Assembly: GCF_006345805.1 (NCBI RefSeq) | Contig: NC_043010.1 | Span: forward strand, 54,312,001 to 54,376,000 | Source: Octopus sinensis | Lineage: Eukaryota | Reading direction: 5' to 3' | DNA length: 64,000 bases | Shown here: piece after piece, positions 25,411 through 41,916 of the stretch | Position numbering within the stretch: position 1 is the stretch's first letter | How the letters are laid out: the number at the start of each line of letters is the position of its first letter | Position numbers and translations under genes: made by a program | The notes under the pieces: generated by a model | The model's database searches: none | Told to the model about the DNA's origin: nothing | What the model saw: the letters and a program-made list of their open reading frames with translations, nothing else

Positions 25411-25927
25411 ATCTTTATCCCCTGCTTCTCCCCCTGCGCTCCCACCTCCTTATCAGCATTATCATCTTCTTCCTGCGCGTCATCAACAGTTTTGCCGCCA
25501 TAGTCATTAACATTCGTATCATTATCATCAGTCTCACATCACGTAAGTTTCGAAACTATACGCTGAAAGGATGTGGTGGTAATGTTAGTGGTGGGTAGAT
25601 ACAGCGACTGAGGGAGAAGTAGAAAAATAAATACAGCATACAGACATTGTTTCCTCCGGCTGTATATTCGCTAGGGCAGCCGTCTGGCTCTTGTTATTTT
25701 TATTAAAATCAAAACTGTCTTTCAAAGGCAGGGGTAGAATATTGCAGATTTTTGCACTGTCCATCATGCAGGGATATTTCAGTGAATCAGAAGTTCGATT
25801 CTGCACATACCTAAGTATGTTTTGCCATATGCTCTGGTTCACCAATTACTTGTGAATAAAGACCAGTACAAGCAAATTTTGTAGAATTCCGTTGACTGGA
25901 CTATGAGCGTAATATATAGATCCATCC

Positions 25928-26150
25928 TACCCACAAGGGGCTATACACAGAGGGGGAAAACACGGACAAACAAACGGATTAAATCGATTATATCGGCCCC
26001 AGTGCGTAACCGGTATTTATTTAATCGACTCCGGAAGGATGAAAGGCAAAGTCGACCTCGGCGGAATTTGAATCTCAGAACGTAGCGGCAGACGAAATAA
26101 CGCTAAGCATTTCGCCCGGCGTGCTAACGTTTCTGCCAGCTCGCCGCCTT
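25928..26150 (-). mobile_element. Single SINE-B copy
   Basis: Complete head ...GCCAGCTCGCCGCCTT and one unit. Confidence 0.9.
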
Positions 26151-27339
26151 TTCCTTTTACAAGAATATTGATTAAAGAGTATTCGTAAATCCGGAATACT
26201 CAGTATCTTAAGAAGCTAAATCGAAAGTCGGAATGTCCTCTCAACAGAATAAATATCAATACATATGGTGAGATAAAGGTGCGAATTCGTCAATGAAGTA
26301 CACCTAAGTTTTATTTTCTTGTCCTTCCTCCACATTTTAGGTATGATTTGTGAAGGTTGGCTGATATGTTTAGCATAATGTATGAATACATATAATGCTT
26401 TCTCGCACTTTTCTTATCTCCAAAACCGATTAAGGTTGTTTATATTTTCAATCTACGAAGAAACAGCTAAAGTAGTCCTGTTTATAAAGGACTATTTTAG
26501 TCAGATATAACACGCCTTGATACTGTAGGGACTGACATCCCTGTTGATAGACCAGTTATCTCTATAATAAATTGTTGACACTTACGTTATGTCAATTAGT
26601 AACTCCAGTTTTCTGCAGCTAATATAAGGAAGTATATAAACAGGTTGGCTATTTTCATCAATGGGAGAGGGCAAACTGATGTAGACGCATCTGATGAGAA
26701 TGCAATAACGTTCTAAACATCTTCATAAATGTTTAATCAATCTACGGAGAGACTGCTAACAAACCACTTAGATATAATGTTTTACAAGTAACAGATTTAT
26801 CATGCAATAATAATATCAGCAATAATAGCAATAAGTATTATTGCTATTATTACGTAATAAAAACAGTATTACCTTTAATATATACAGCTTTACATACACC
26901 TACACATGTTTCAACCGCACCGATTAATAACCGTTCCTATATATATTTATGTGTGTGTATGTGTGTGTGTGTGTATGTGTCTATGCCTCTGTGTGTGTAT
27001 GTGTGTGTGTGAGAGAGAGAGAGAAAGAGATTTCTCCTGCCATACGTCCTCTTTCCATCGGGAGATGTAAAGAAAGATTTATACACTAAAAGTTTTCACG
27101 TATGCAAAGCTCTTTCCGTTCCGTTTCCTACGCTTTCTGCTGTGTTTGCCAAACTTAACATATTTTCAATAAAACTATTTCATTTGAAATATTTCAAATG
27201 TGGAAACGTATTTTTATGTTTTGATAAACTTTGTTAAAAATATCTAAAATATAAAAGTACACAAAAGAAAATAGTTACCCTTGATGTTAAAAAATAAAAT
27301 TTGTTTTAGTTCAGCAATATATGTATGTATATATAAATG

Positions 27340-27810
<471 letters not shown>

Positions 27811-28394
27811 ATATTTAAGCAAACTGTTTGATAATTTACCGCATGCCTTTACATCATGAGAATATTTCTGGCAAAATTCACATTTAGTCACCCCCAAACT
27901 TTGAGAGAGGAAATGATGTCGAAAATAAGTCAGTTCCTTGCATCGGATTTAGAAATCATTCATGGTATTCGTTTGAATTTCAAGAAAAACTGGAAATGAC
28001 ATATCGACAGAGATTCAATATATAGACTACACCATTATATACAATATTCACTCACTCCCTCTCTCTCCCTTCCTGTGTATATGTATGTATGCATCTATAT
28101 ATTTATATTTATGTATAAATATAGGTATGTTCAATCATGTTTATAATGCCATCATTTCGTCCACATTACCTCACATTGCCATCTCTTCTGTTTTTGCTAC
28201 AGCCTACGCATGTTATTTATATTTTGTCCATCATTAATTTATTATCACTTCCACTATTTTTGGTTTTACTTTACGTAACGGGAGATTTTACGAGCTGAGG
28301 TCTAATCTGACCCTTGTTAACTTCGCAAGTTATCGCTTTAGCTTCAATCGAAACCAGAAATATTGGTGTCCAATTCTGACACAAAGTTGACGAC

Positions 28395-28552
28395 ATCAAA
28401 GTTGACCACATCAGCATCAGTGCCAAGCTGGTATCCAGAAATGAAAACAGAAAATCGAAAACGGTAGGATTTGTACTCAACACTTAAAAACTGACGAAAT
28501 GCCGCTAAGAAGTTTGCCCGGGGTAGTAGCGAATCTGCCAGCTCGCAGTCAT
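28395..28552 (-). mobile_element. Degenerate SINE-B
   Basis: GACGAAATGCCGCTAAGAAGTTTGCCCGGGG...GAATCTGCCAGCTCGC is the B head. Confidence 0.6.
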
Positions 28553-28574
28553 AATACGAAAAGAAATATCAATA

Positions 28575-28955
28575 TCTCTCTCTATATAAACGGCAGTTTG
28601 TCTGCGTTTTCTGTGTGTCTGTTTTCTCGTACCCTCACTCTGACCACGGCTTTCAACCGATTCTGATGAAACTTGACACACACATAGCCCAATGTCATAA
28701 TTCAAAACTAACGCAGCGAAAATTTTGAAAAGTTCCCCCAGTTCTGAAAAAAATCGATAAATTCGACATGGGGTCGAGAATCAGAAACCCAAACCACAGA
28801 CCGTCTAGGGGACGCAACTCCACCTTTTTTAACTCTCAAAAAAAAATTACCATAATTTTTTTTCCATTTTTTTCTATTTTTTGGCTATAACTCTCTAAAA
28901 ATGCTTTATAGATATTTCCCTTACAAACCTGAGCAACGCCGGGCGATACTGCTAG
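28575..28955 (+). mobile_element. Non-autonomous Helitron, apparently complete
   Basis: 5' TC start after A; subterminal hairpin CCTGAGCAACGCCGGG (28928-28943); CTAG end followed by T; no TSD; internal CCGATTCTGATGAAACTTG motif. Confidence 0.8.
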
Positions 28956-30731
28956 TATCACGATAAATCAGAATAATCTGGTTCTCAAACAATCTGTGCC
29001 CATCCTGATTATGCTAGAAATGCATTTCAATTTTCATTTCTGGATCTTTTTGTTACAGAACATCCCATATGCTGCTTAGAATTGTTAAGCTATGATTTTA
29101 TATGTCGTGTCCCAATTTCATCTGTATCACCTTTTATTTTCATAATCTGTGACAAAAGGATAAATCAACTATATTTTAATTGATTTGGGAGAATAATCTC
29201 TCACTCTAATTAGTGATTCTGTTTATAATTGAGATGCCGTTTCGGAAAAGATTAAACATTAATATTACGATTAGGAAGTTGACGTTTTGGACATCGGATA
29301 AAATGTTTACATTTTGATTACTAATCCTGCCGAATCCAATATTGCCTTTCATACTTTCGGGTCGATGAAATAGTCACAAATTGTGCAACTAGGTTGATAT
29401 TATCGATTTACACTTGTAATTTTGTTGGCATTGCGCCTAAATTTCAAACGGTTATTGAAATTTGAAATCGTTATAATTACCGGTATCTTAGAATCGGCAG
29501 AGAATTATACGAATACTTTACAGCATTTTGTTTCTACCTACCTGTTCCAGGTTCAAACTTAAAATCGATTGATGTATCATTTCATCTTACTTCAGTGAAG
29601 TACTAGAATCGATACCCTAACAGCGCTCACTCAACCAGCGAGTAGTATGTTATTTTCAAATTTTAACATGGTTATAGTAATGGATTTCAACGTTACATGT
29701 CTTCATGACATTTTGGAAATTGTCTCAGAGCAGCTATTCTTGCTGAACATGCAATGTGAATTTCGTAAGAAGAAAGGAACAAATGGTTTAGTTTTGTTCC
29801 AAAGTAAGGCAACTATTTCAGTCTCAATCCTTTTGAACTACGACTGAAATAGTCTATCATGTTTAGAGTGTTACCATATTCCTGTTAAATCTGAAACTTT
29901 CTACTAAATTGTATTAAGTACAGTTACTTATTCGGATAATATTTATATAACCTTCTCTGGGTTCTAATTTCATAAATCCAATGAGAATGCGTGCATACGA
30001 AAGTAAACGCTAAGATTAACAACCTCAATTTGCTTTCAAAGAATATCGGCAAATGTAATAATAGTTTTAGTAAAAATACTAAAAGCTTTAAGTTTAGAAG
30101 AAGAAAAAACGAAATTTTAAATATAGAAATACGTTTCAGATGTTACTTTTCCCAAGAAACTCTCCATAATTATTCGTGTTTCCGTTTAAGAAAGAAAGAT
30201 TAAATCAGTCCCAAAATTTAATCCTAACATTTTAAAGAAATGCAAATTGTATAGGAATACATACCCAAATATTATGGAGTAATACGGAGAAAATTTTGGA
30301 AATCACGTGACGGCAACAACAAAACAGCTCTAGGTAAATATATGCACGCAGAACATAAAGACACATATTTAAGTACTTACATAGATGTGTATGCGGATGT
30401 ATTTACACAACTCTGTGTATATCGTCCGCAGATTTCCCTCTTTCTGCATTCATATTTATTGAGCTAAATATCTAAATCTCTATCCGGCCATGTGTATCGT
30501 TTTCTGTCGTTATTCTTTTTAACTCTTTACTTGTCAATCCTCTAAAATCTTCCTTTTCAAATACTTCAACATTATATATATATGTTCACAAGCTTATACA
30601 TATATATATATGTGTATGTGGTTATGTCTGCGTGTGTGTATAGCGATTTATCTTTCTCCTCTCTCTCTATTCATTTCTCTCCCTCTCTCTCTCTATATAT
30701 ATATAGAGAGAGAGATATGTATATATCTATC

Positions 30732-30762
<31 letters not shown>

Positions 30763-31139
30763 TATACTCACACACAAGTAGGATAAATTTCTGTGATTTA
30801 AACAAATGTTAGCATAACCGGACTAAAAACTAAATCAATCGTCGTGTCAAGGACTTACATTATACGTTATTTCAGCAAATTAGACAATCCATGTAGATTA
30901 CTGAGGATGCAGATGTTCGTTTATATAAAGTTCTATAAATAGTTTTCTCTGCATATATACAACACAAATAATGGACATATTTGATAGCTTACCTATGTAC
31001 ATACGATAAAATCGTGGTATTTCCATGTTCGTTTCAATCTTACAAGATATGATTACAGCATAAATAATAAATAATACAGGAGTACCTTTCTATCTTATAT
31101 AAGTAGGAACTGAATTCACTCTGTATAAGCACTTAGGTG

Positions 31140-32870
<1,731 letters not shown>

Positions 32871-33200
32871 CACACAACAAATGATTGACAAACATTGCAG
32901 ACTACAAAAAATTATTGGTTGAAAAAAGTGGAATGGAATGATAGAATTCAAAAGTAAGACCAACGCTTCAAATAATTTGAACAAAAAATACTATAATATA
33001 AAGACAGAAATCGTGATCATATTGTAAACGTAATCCGAATTGACATAACTGATAACAGAATTGACATTTGCCTTATCTAGATATCTGACATATTGTCTGA
33101 CTGACGGTCCGTCTTCATTTTATACTACTCCTTTGCGGTACATCCTTACATACATACATACAAAGAACGTGAGAAAGATGTTGATGTGTGTGTGTGGGTG

Positions 33201-33257
<57 letters not shown>

Positions 33258-33265
33258 AGTGTAGG

Positions 33266-33296
<31 letters not shown>

Positions 33297-33506
33297 ATGT
33301 ATACATGTATGTGTTTTGTTTGTATGAAATATTTTGAGAGCGAAATTGATTGCTCTGTACGCAAACAATCAAAGATGTATTGTTCGCTAAATTCGCATGA
33401 ATACGCAGAAAGCACAAAAGAGTACGAACACGCATAGTTTCCCATAAATATACACACACATACACTTACACACACACGCACGCACGCACACGCACGCACG
33501 CACACG

Positions 33507-33566
<60 letters not shown>

Positions 33567-34039
33567 AAGGACAGGAACGGGTTAAATGTACGTGTGTGTA
33601 TTTATTAACGCATACAGATAAACAAATAAGCTAGATATGTTACGATAAGTCGTAGCTGTAGTATACTAGAATCACTACGCTTTGTGATTTCTGCATATTC
33701 TATATTCTATGGAGACACTATCAAAGCACATAGTCTTGCATGGATACGTGAACGAAAACTAACTCTCCCACAACAGGATTCACGTATTCACAGTAAGTGT
33801 ACCTTATCCTACACCTCCTATATATATATATACAAATTTCCGATCTTAAAGACATATCCGTTCCGTATACAGAAAAAGAAAGAAAGACGTATCCCTCGAA
33901 ACCATAATATTCTTATAGGGTATAGTGATTGTGTTATATTAGAGTAAATGACGTCATCATCTCCATCGTCATCATCATAATCATCATCACTATCAACAGC
34001 AACAACAAAATCGACAACAACAGCAGTAACAGTAGAAGT

Positions 34040-34228
34040 GCAATGTCCCAGTGGTTAGGGCAGTGGATTCGTGGTCGTAAAACCGCGGTTTCGATTCCTG
34101 GACTGAGCATTGTGACTGTTTACTGAGCAAAAACATCTTAATCTCCACGATGCCCTGCAGGGGTGGGGTGTGAAGCCCGCTGTACTCTTTCACCACAACT
34201 TTCTCTCACCGTTTCTTCCTACTTCTGC
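34040..34228 (+). mobile_element. SINE-C head and body, tail absent or different
   Basis: GCAATGTCCCAGTGGTTAGGGCAG...GGTTTCGATTCCTGG...GCTGTACTCTTTCACCACAACTTTCTCTCAC. Confidence 0.8.
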
Positions 34229-34774
34229 CACAAAGCAGAGGAACCATGGTGTAACCCATTTTGGTGTGGTAAATTTCAGACCCTAGGCTAGATTGCGAAT
34301 CCTCTGTACTCCCAGGATGGTTCAGCTCTCCGCCCGATAAAAGCCACCGTTCACGGAATGAGGATAACAACGTAGCTTTTTCGCCCGTACAAACGCCAGT
34401 CTATCGCGGGTGGATCTTCAAGTTTCCACACGCATTCTTAGTAGCTTAGAGTAGGCTCGAATTCGATATTATTCTTTCTGCTTTCCATACTGTTGCCCAA
34501 ACTGTCAATATCACTTTGTAGGTGTCCTGAGAGCCAAAAGATCAGTAATCCAGGCTCACGACGTTTAGAAGATTTTGAAGATAATTTATATTCTTAGAAC
34601 ATTGCTAAAAATAATTTTGCCCACTGCACGTACATCATGGTTATTCGTTAGGGGTCACGATCATACTGACTTGTAAAACGAAAGCTCAGCGGATATGAAT
34701 ATCGAATGTAAGATGTAGGGAAAATAAAATATTAAGGAATACGCTGTTGGAAATATGTAAAGTATTTATTTTAG

Positions 34775-34894
34775 ACGTAGGAGTGGCTGTGTGGTAAGTA
34801 GCTTGCTTACCAACGACATGGTTCCGGGTTCAGTCTCACTGTGAATGGATTTGGTAGACGGAAACTTAATGACGCGACGTCGTATACATGTATG

Positions 34895-34954
<60 letters not shown>

Positions 34955-35130
34955 TTGTGTCTGTGTTGGTCACCCAATATCGCTTGACAACCGATGCTGG
35001 TGTGTTTACGTCCCCGTAAATTAGGGGTTTGGCAACAGAGACCGATAGAATAGGTACTAGGCGTACAAAGAACAAGGCGGTGCTCCAGTATGGCCACAGT
35101 TAAATGACTAACACGAATATAAGAGTAAAA
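34775..35130 (+). mobile_element. SINE-A copy with two internal deletions
   Basis: Collinear with 20806-21215 but missing blocks in both halves. Confidence 0.85.
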
Positions 35131-35321
35131 GAATACATATATTTTGTACTCTTTGTAAACGTTTCAAAGTACTGAACAGATTATATATGGATGTAGAATT
35201 GCTTTTGTGTAAGGAAATAAGAGACCAAATGATTAAATGTTCATTAATAAAAATTTTTCTAAAATTTCTGCGCTCAGTGGTCGACAATGATAACAGTGAT
35301 TCAATCATTTGTATATGGTTT

Positions 35322-35546
35322 TAGAGGCGGCGAACTGGCAGAAATGTTAGCACGCCGGGCGAAATGCGTAGCCGTATTTCGTCTGCCGTTACGTTCTGGG
35401 TTCAAATTCCGCCGAGGTCGACTTTGCCTTTCATCCTTTCGGGGTCGACAAATTAAGTACCAGTTACGCACTGGGGTCGATGTAATCGACTTAATCCGTT
35501 TGTCTGTCCTTGTTTGTCCCCTCTGTGTTTAGCCCCTTGTGGGTAG
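35322..35546 (+). mobile_element. Single SINE-B copy
   Basis: GGCGGCGAACTGGCAGAAATG...GTAAAGAAATA. Confidence 0.9.
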
Positions 35547-36006
35547 TAAAGAAATACATTTGCATAGGGTTTTCACACCTACGTAAATCTGAGACACAAG
35601 CAACGACATGCTGAACAAACAAGATTGAGATGCGTTTCAGTTTAATGACGCTCCAACCCAAATATGTACGTTTGTGCAAAATATATCTTTGGATCTGTCT
35701 AATCTGACTTAAGGAAACCCGATATATTTTTTTAATGGCAGGATTAAAATTTTGTACGAAGGAATTAAAATAGAATTCTGCGAATGGAAGATGAAATTAC
35801 CATTTACCTTGCTGCTGCCGCTACTACTACTGCTACTACTGCTACTACTACAACTACTACTACTACTACTACTACTACTACTGAAGAGTTACCGCAGGTT
35901 CTCATGTTGCTGACGAGTCTGTTGTATAAATTCTGATTAAAATTTTCTGTGACAATCCTAACCACCATGATATTCACGCGATTTCTACATGATAAAAATA
36001 CATACA

Positions 36007-36069
<63 letters not shown>

Positions 36070-36618
36070 ATATATATATTATATAATATATATAGCCCCT
36101 TGTGGGTAGTAAAGAAATACATTTGCATAGGGTTTTCACACCTACGTAAATCTGAGACACAAGCAACGACATGTGAACAAACCAGATTGAGATGCGTTTC
36201 AGTTTAATGACGCTCCAACCCAAATATGTACGTTTGTGCAAAATATATCTTTGGATCTGTCTAATCTGACTAAGGAAACCCGATAAATTTTTTTAATGGC
36301 AGGATTAAAATTTTGTACGAAGGAATTAAAATAGAGTTCTGCGAATGGAAGATGAAATTACCATTTACCTTGCTGCTGCCGCTACTACTACTGCTACTAC
36401 TGCTACTACTACAACTACTACTACTACTACTACCACTACTGAAGAGTTACCGCAGGTTCTCATGTTGCTGACGAGTCTGTTGTATAAATTCTGATTAAAA
36501 TTTTCTGTGACAATCATACCACACCGGATATTCACGCGATTTCTGCATGATAAATAAATACATATCTATCTATCTACTATCTATCTATATATCATCTATC
36601 TATCTATCTATCTATCGA

Positions 36619-36657
<39 letters not shown>

Positions 36658-36690
36658 TATATTATATATATAGCCCCTTGTGGGTAGTAA
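35530..36690. repeat. Tandem duplication, ~565-580-bp unit x2 plus start of a third
   Basis: TAGCCCCTTGTGGGTAGTAAA recurs at ~35530, 36093 and 36671; about 10 differences between copies; junctions in (TA)n. Confidence 0.92.
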
Positions 36691-36766
36691 AAATATATAT
36701 ATATATATATCTATATATATTTATATAATATCGAGGTCTCTTTCATTCTTTTGTTGTCTTATCATT

Positions 36767-36818
<52 letters not shown>

Positions 36819-37924
36819 ACTTACATATGCGTGCGAGCATTCGTGTGCATACGTGCGTGCAAGTGTGTATCGGTCTCTCTTTCTCTCCCTCTCTCTCTCT
36901 CTATATATATATATATACTTACATACATATATATATATGTGTATACGCATTATTATATGTATGCATGTATGTATGTTGTATGCAATGCAAGTACGTATTC
37001 ATTTGTTAAATAAGTAAAATGTTCATATCTCACCCACTATCAAAACGCCTTAGAATCATTTTGATTTATTAATCAGAAAAGTATATTTAGTCGTGTTACA
37101 TTAGATTGAAATACATTAAAACATCTCAGTGTCGACAAGGCGTCCATGTGGAAAAACATTTCAATTTCAAAATGAATATCGTAAGAAGGCTACATGTAAA
37201 ATGTTTTACAATGTCATGGTATATACTAAAGTAGTTCATAATTTCTGCAAGTAAACCCAGTTGTTGCAAAATATCATTCAAGGATTCGTTGAAAATATAA
37301 ACAGGTTTTTGATTTCTTATAATTAAATGATACCTTGACATAATCTAAATATAGTATTATGAAGGAATTTATTTGGGAAACATAAATATGCTTATTAAAT
37401 GCATCTATTAAATATTTCGGAATTTTTGACACGATCATACTCTCTTTGGTATTAAGAAATACATACTAATAACATACATGCAATACATTACATTTATATA
37501 TATATATATGTATAGATATTATATATTATATATATATATATAATATAATTCGGCATATTTTAAAACCAACAAGGAAAGACTTAATCAAGACATAAAATTT
37601 TATAGAAATTAAATAAACCGCACTACAAAGTTTCATGTATGCTACCGACAATCTCAGGTGGATTTTCGATCTTCTAATCAGTATCAATTGGATTAATAGA
37701 TCGAAATATCCACCTGTAAGATTGTCGGTATACATAAACCTTTGTTGGCGGTTTATTTTAATCATTTATGTATGATAGTCTTTCCCTTTGGTTTATCTCG
37801 AATATATATATATTTTACTATATTGGATTAACCCCTAATCGATTTTTCCCTGTCTTTTGGATTCATCCCTCATTTATTCTTTATATTATATATATATATT
37901 AAAGACTTTTTCTCCCTCTCACTC

Positions 37925-38123
37925 TCTTTTGTTTTAGACATTTGACGTGGCCATGCTGGAGTACCGCCTTTAGTCGAGCAAATCGACCTCAGGACATTCT
38001 TTGTAAGCCTAGTACTTATTCTATCAGTCTCTTTTACCGAACTGCTAAGTTACGGGGACATAAACACACCACCATCGGTTGTCAGTCGATGATAGGGCGA
38101 CAAACACTGACACACAAACATAT

Positions 38124-38182
<59 letters not shown>

Positions 38183-38354
38183 ATATATATATAATATATA
38201 TACGACGGCTTCTTTCAGTTTCCATCTACCAAATCCACTCACAAGGCTTTGGTTGGCCCGAGGCTATAGTAGGAGACACTTGTCCAGGGTGCCACCCAGT
38301 GGGACTGAACTCGGATCCATGTGCAAGCTACTTACCACACAGCCACTCCTACGC

Positions 38355-38356
<2 letters not shown>
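37925..38356 (-). mobile_element. SINE-A full copy
   Basis: Reverse complement matches the reference copy. Confidence 0.88.
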
Positions 38357-38400
<44 letters not shown>

Positions 38401-38403
<3 letters not shown>

Positions 38404-38640
38404 AAATTATTTAGGAAAACACTTTAAAAAACAGAATCTATTTAATAATGGAGAGACAAAACACATATCGTCAAATGAAATTCTGCAGTTGCTCAGAACG
38501 TTGTGTATGAGCAGTAGGTGTGCCTTAATAAAAATACAGACGTAAGGTAATTTTTTATTCAAGATCTCTCTCGTCTAATATACCTCTAGATAATCTATGA
38601 CAATTCAACATCTTTTCCAAGGAACTCGTTGGCCGTGGAC
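38401..38640. repeat. ~240-bp block with a diverged paralogue at 45741-45980
   Basis: Gap-free alignment, roughly 85% identity by eye. Confidence 0.85.
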
Positions 38641-39679
38641 ATAATATATAGGGTATCAGAGTATTTTAAATCTGGCAACCCACCCAATGCTAACTCCTTC
38701 CAATGATTAACCCCGTGATCAACCGATTAATTTTGAGAACTCGATCGAAGCTGCTAATCATCGGGGTGAAGTCGGCAAAGGAACAACCTGAATGTTTTGT
38801 AAACCTGAATTCTAATGCCAGGAAAATACAAGACTATGTAGTATTTTAATAGCAATTGTGCAACGTTTTCGGAATCATCAATTCTCTTATTTAATGGAAG
38901 TTCTTTTTTTTTTGTAATTGAATATGAAATGAAGGTGAGAACCTTTAAGATCGATTCCCTTGACAGTAAACAGTGCATTTATAAAATATGATAACCTGTA
39001 TCCCCACAACACGATATTTTCAAACGAATAATATTGCACACATATTGATTTATATATTGTATAAATCAATCAAAAGTAAACGATATCGCTAGTCAAAACA
39101 TCAGTCCTCCAGGTACTCAACAGACAAGTTCCAAACATCCGTCTTTTCAGCCAGACATTGAATGTTACCAATTTAATTAATAAAACACTACTCAGCCGTG
39201 CTTAATACCACTTTTGAATTTATTCAACTTCCATAATTTTAATATATCAAAGTGAAAATGTGACTATTCCAACAAAATAGAATTTCTATCTGAATACTCA
39301 TTATTCTACACAATAAAGTTTGTTTTCCTTCTAATTTCAGTATTATAATTAATAATTTTCACCGAGTCGGTTTTGCTTTCCATTACTCTCGAATCGGTAA
39401 ACCAAGTTGCAATCAAGCCGGTCTTCGATTAAATCAGTAAAGAACCTTATTATATTTGCCGGATATTTTCTAACTTGCAAATCATTAGCAAATTGCTTTC
39501 CACACTAGCATATATTAGACCAGATCTCCTTCATTTGTGCCCTTAGGGACATATTTCCGACACCGTAACCGTTAAAAAGATTTCGTTGGACATGAAGACA
39601 ATTAGTCACACAGTATAATGTAAGCATTTCGCTTCGTGTTGACAGCTTACTATTTAAAAATTGGCCTGGCACAGTCTTT

Positions 39680-39910
39680 AGCATGCTACGCAAATGCTTA
39701 GCGGCATTTCGTCTGTCTTTATATACTGAGTTCAAATTCTGCAGGGGCTGACTTTGCCTTTCATTCTTTTACCGAGGTTGACTTTGCTTTCATCCTTTCG
39801 AGGTCGATTAAATAAGTACCAGTTACGCACTGGTGTCGATGTAATCCACTTGTCTGTCCTCTTTGTTTATCCCCTTTGTGTTTAGCCCCCTGTGGGCAAT
39901 AAAGAAAAAT
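39680..39910 (+). mobile_element. Chimeric SINE-B (old-type head joined to long-tail body)
   Basis: GACTTTGCCTTTCAT occurs twice in tandem at the join. Confidence 0.75.
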
Positions 39911-40624
39911 ATTTAAAAATGTAATATGAACAAAAGTGTTTCTTTTGTTATTGAAGATATTTATAATACTTTCAGCATATTACGGTTGGATATATTTATG
40001 TATATGCATATTGCTTATGCCGTTATTGCAAAATAGCTTGCTAGATTTGTATAATTTAACAGTATTCGCAACATTGCAAAGTAATTTTTAATCTATTTGA
40101 CAAATGGAAGTTCAAAGAAAGCCGTGAAATATATAATGACATAGGAAATTGCATTTGATTCCGGATCGTTTGATATTTAAGTTTAATACCATATGCATTA
40201 ATGAATAGGGAAATTGTGTAGTTCCAATCTTTCAAACCTTTCTACATTGTTATTAACACTTTTTTTACATTTTGATAATTAACCATAGACTCGGCTCTGT
40301 TGTATTTTGCTTCCAAAAGATATGGTTTCGCCTTCAGTCTCGCTGCGTGGAACGTGGGACAAGTAATACTTACTATAGCCCGGATACATATATATTATAT
40401 ATATATATATTATATATTATATATTATATATATATATAATATATATATATATAGTGTGTGTGTGTGTGTGTGTACGTGTGTATGTGTGTTGTGAGACCAT
40501 TGCATGTTTGCGCTCCCGAAATGTTGTGGTTTGGTATAAAAGAGATTGTGTGTTTGAGCGTGTATGTGTGTGTATAGGAATTGATTTTTACTGCAAAAGG
40601 AACATATACATATCTCATTTGTCC

Positions 40625-41190
40625 TCGCACACAATCCAAAGAACCACAATATTCTATAACCAGCCGAACGCCTTCTACCAATTCTACACAAGTCCCTATG
40701 TCTCCGACAAACAATCAAGGAACAACAAAGAGTCAACAGCCGAATGCAACCACCAAGACTTAAGAAACTTCTGACCAAAGCAAGATTCACATCAGAGGAA
40801 GAAATTATGCAAGTTACCAAATGTGAAACCGCCCAATGAGGGTCATGTGATTTAATAGAACTGGGAGCAGCCAAAAAATTCAAGAATGGAAAAGAATTAA
40901 AGGTGAATGCAAATATGAACTGCAAAAGCAAAAAACCTGATATATTGTATCACATGCACACGATGCAACGAACAAAAGCGAAATTAACCAACCGTGTACA
41001 TGTGCATAGACATCAAATAACACATCCATACTTAGATGCCTACCATGTAGCGATCATTTGCACACATTTGCACACATTTGCACATGGAAAATTTACAATT
41101 TTCTTTCTTCATAAAATAAATGAAGGCAAAAGAAGAATATTTCATGAGATTTCTGAGTCAGAAGCTAAATCGGAAACAGTCACCGACAAT
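40625..41190 (+). mobile_element. Degenerate Penelope-like element: linker and GIY-YIG endonuclease
   Basis: LPILHKS...RMQPPRLKKLLTKARF...KFKNGKELKVNANMNCKSK..IYCITCTRC...LTNRVHVHRHQITHP...KFTIF...KEEYFMRF, across stops and frameshifts. Confidence 0.75.
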
Positions 41191-41425
41191 TTTACTGAAA
41201 ACCACTTTCACTATATATAATAAGACGTGTTTAAAAACGTTAAGGATTGCAAGCTATTGCACATTTATAAAAGCAATGCCTAAGCACATTTTATGAAACC
41301 CCTTTCCAAAGGTTAGAGTCTTTCAATTTTGTAAAATGGTTCTTTTGTCAATCTTAACTCTCTGAGAAAAAGTTTTCTCTCCAAATATTATAGCTTTATC
41401 AAGGTATTTCCAAAACACTCTAAAG

Positions 41426-41473
<48 letters not shown>

Positions 41474-41477
41474 GTGT

Positions 41478-41521
<44 letters not shown>

Positions 41522-41839
41522 ATATATATATATATATATATGTGTATATATACAGTATATATCATAGAGGTTGACTCGAAAGGTGGTTACAGAGCTATAA
41601 TCATAAGAGAATTGCGTAGTCAATTTTTTTCATTTTTTCAAACGACAAGAAGCTACTTAATTTGTGTTTAGCATCTTAGTTATGTTAATCTGAGCTATAT
41701 TTCCACTGCGGCATTATTACATTACCATCAATAACTTTTCTACACAAGAGACTGCGAGCCTATTTTCAGATAGAAAGTTAGTAGATCAAAGTGAAATTCC
41801 AGATTGTTCTCACGAACATATGTGTACACGCACATACAT

Positions 41840-41852
41840 ACATACATATATA

Positions 41853-41916
<64 letters not shown>

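Noticed and set aside
25068-25598. Overlapping Thr/Pro/Gly/Met/Asp-rich ORFs (up to 176 aa) with a good minus-strand acceptor at ~25607
   Set aside because: Degenerate (CAC)n/(CAT)n repeat; all three frames stop soon after the acceptor.
26308-26380. Strong polypyrimidine/AG acceptor at 26340
   Set aside because: All frames stop within 13 codons and there is no good donor; such sites are common by chance in AT-rich DNA.
34230-34560. LQSDIDSL suggesting a CR1/L2 RT fragment
   Set aside because: A single short motif with no YADD or YLG support.
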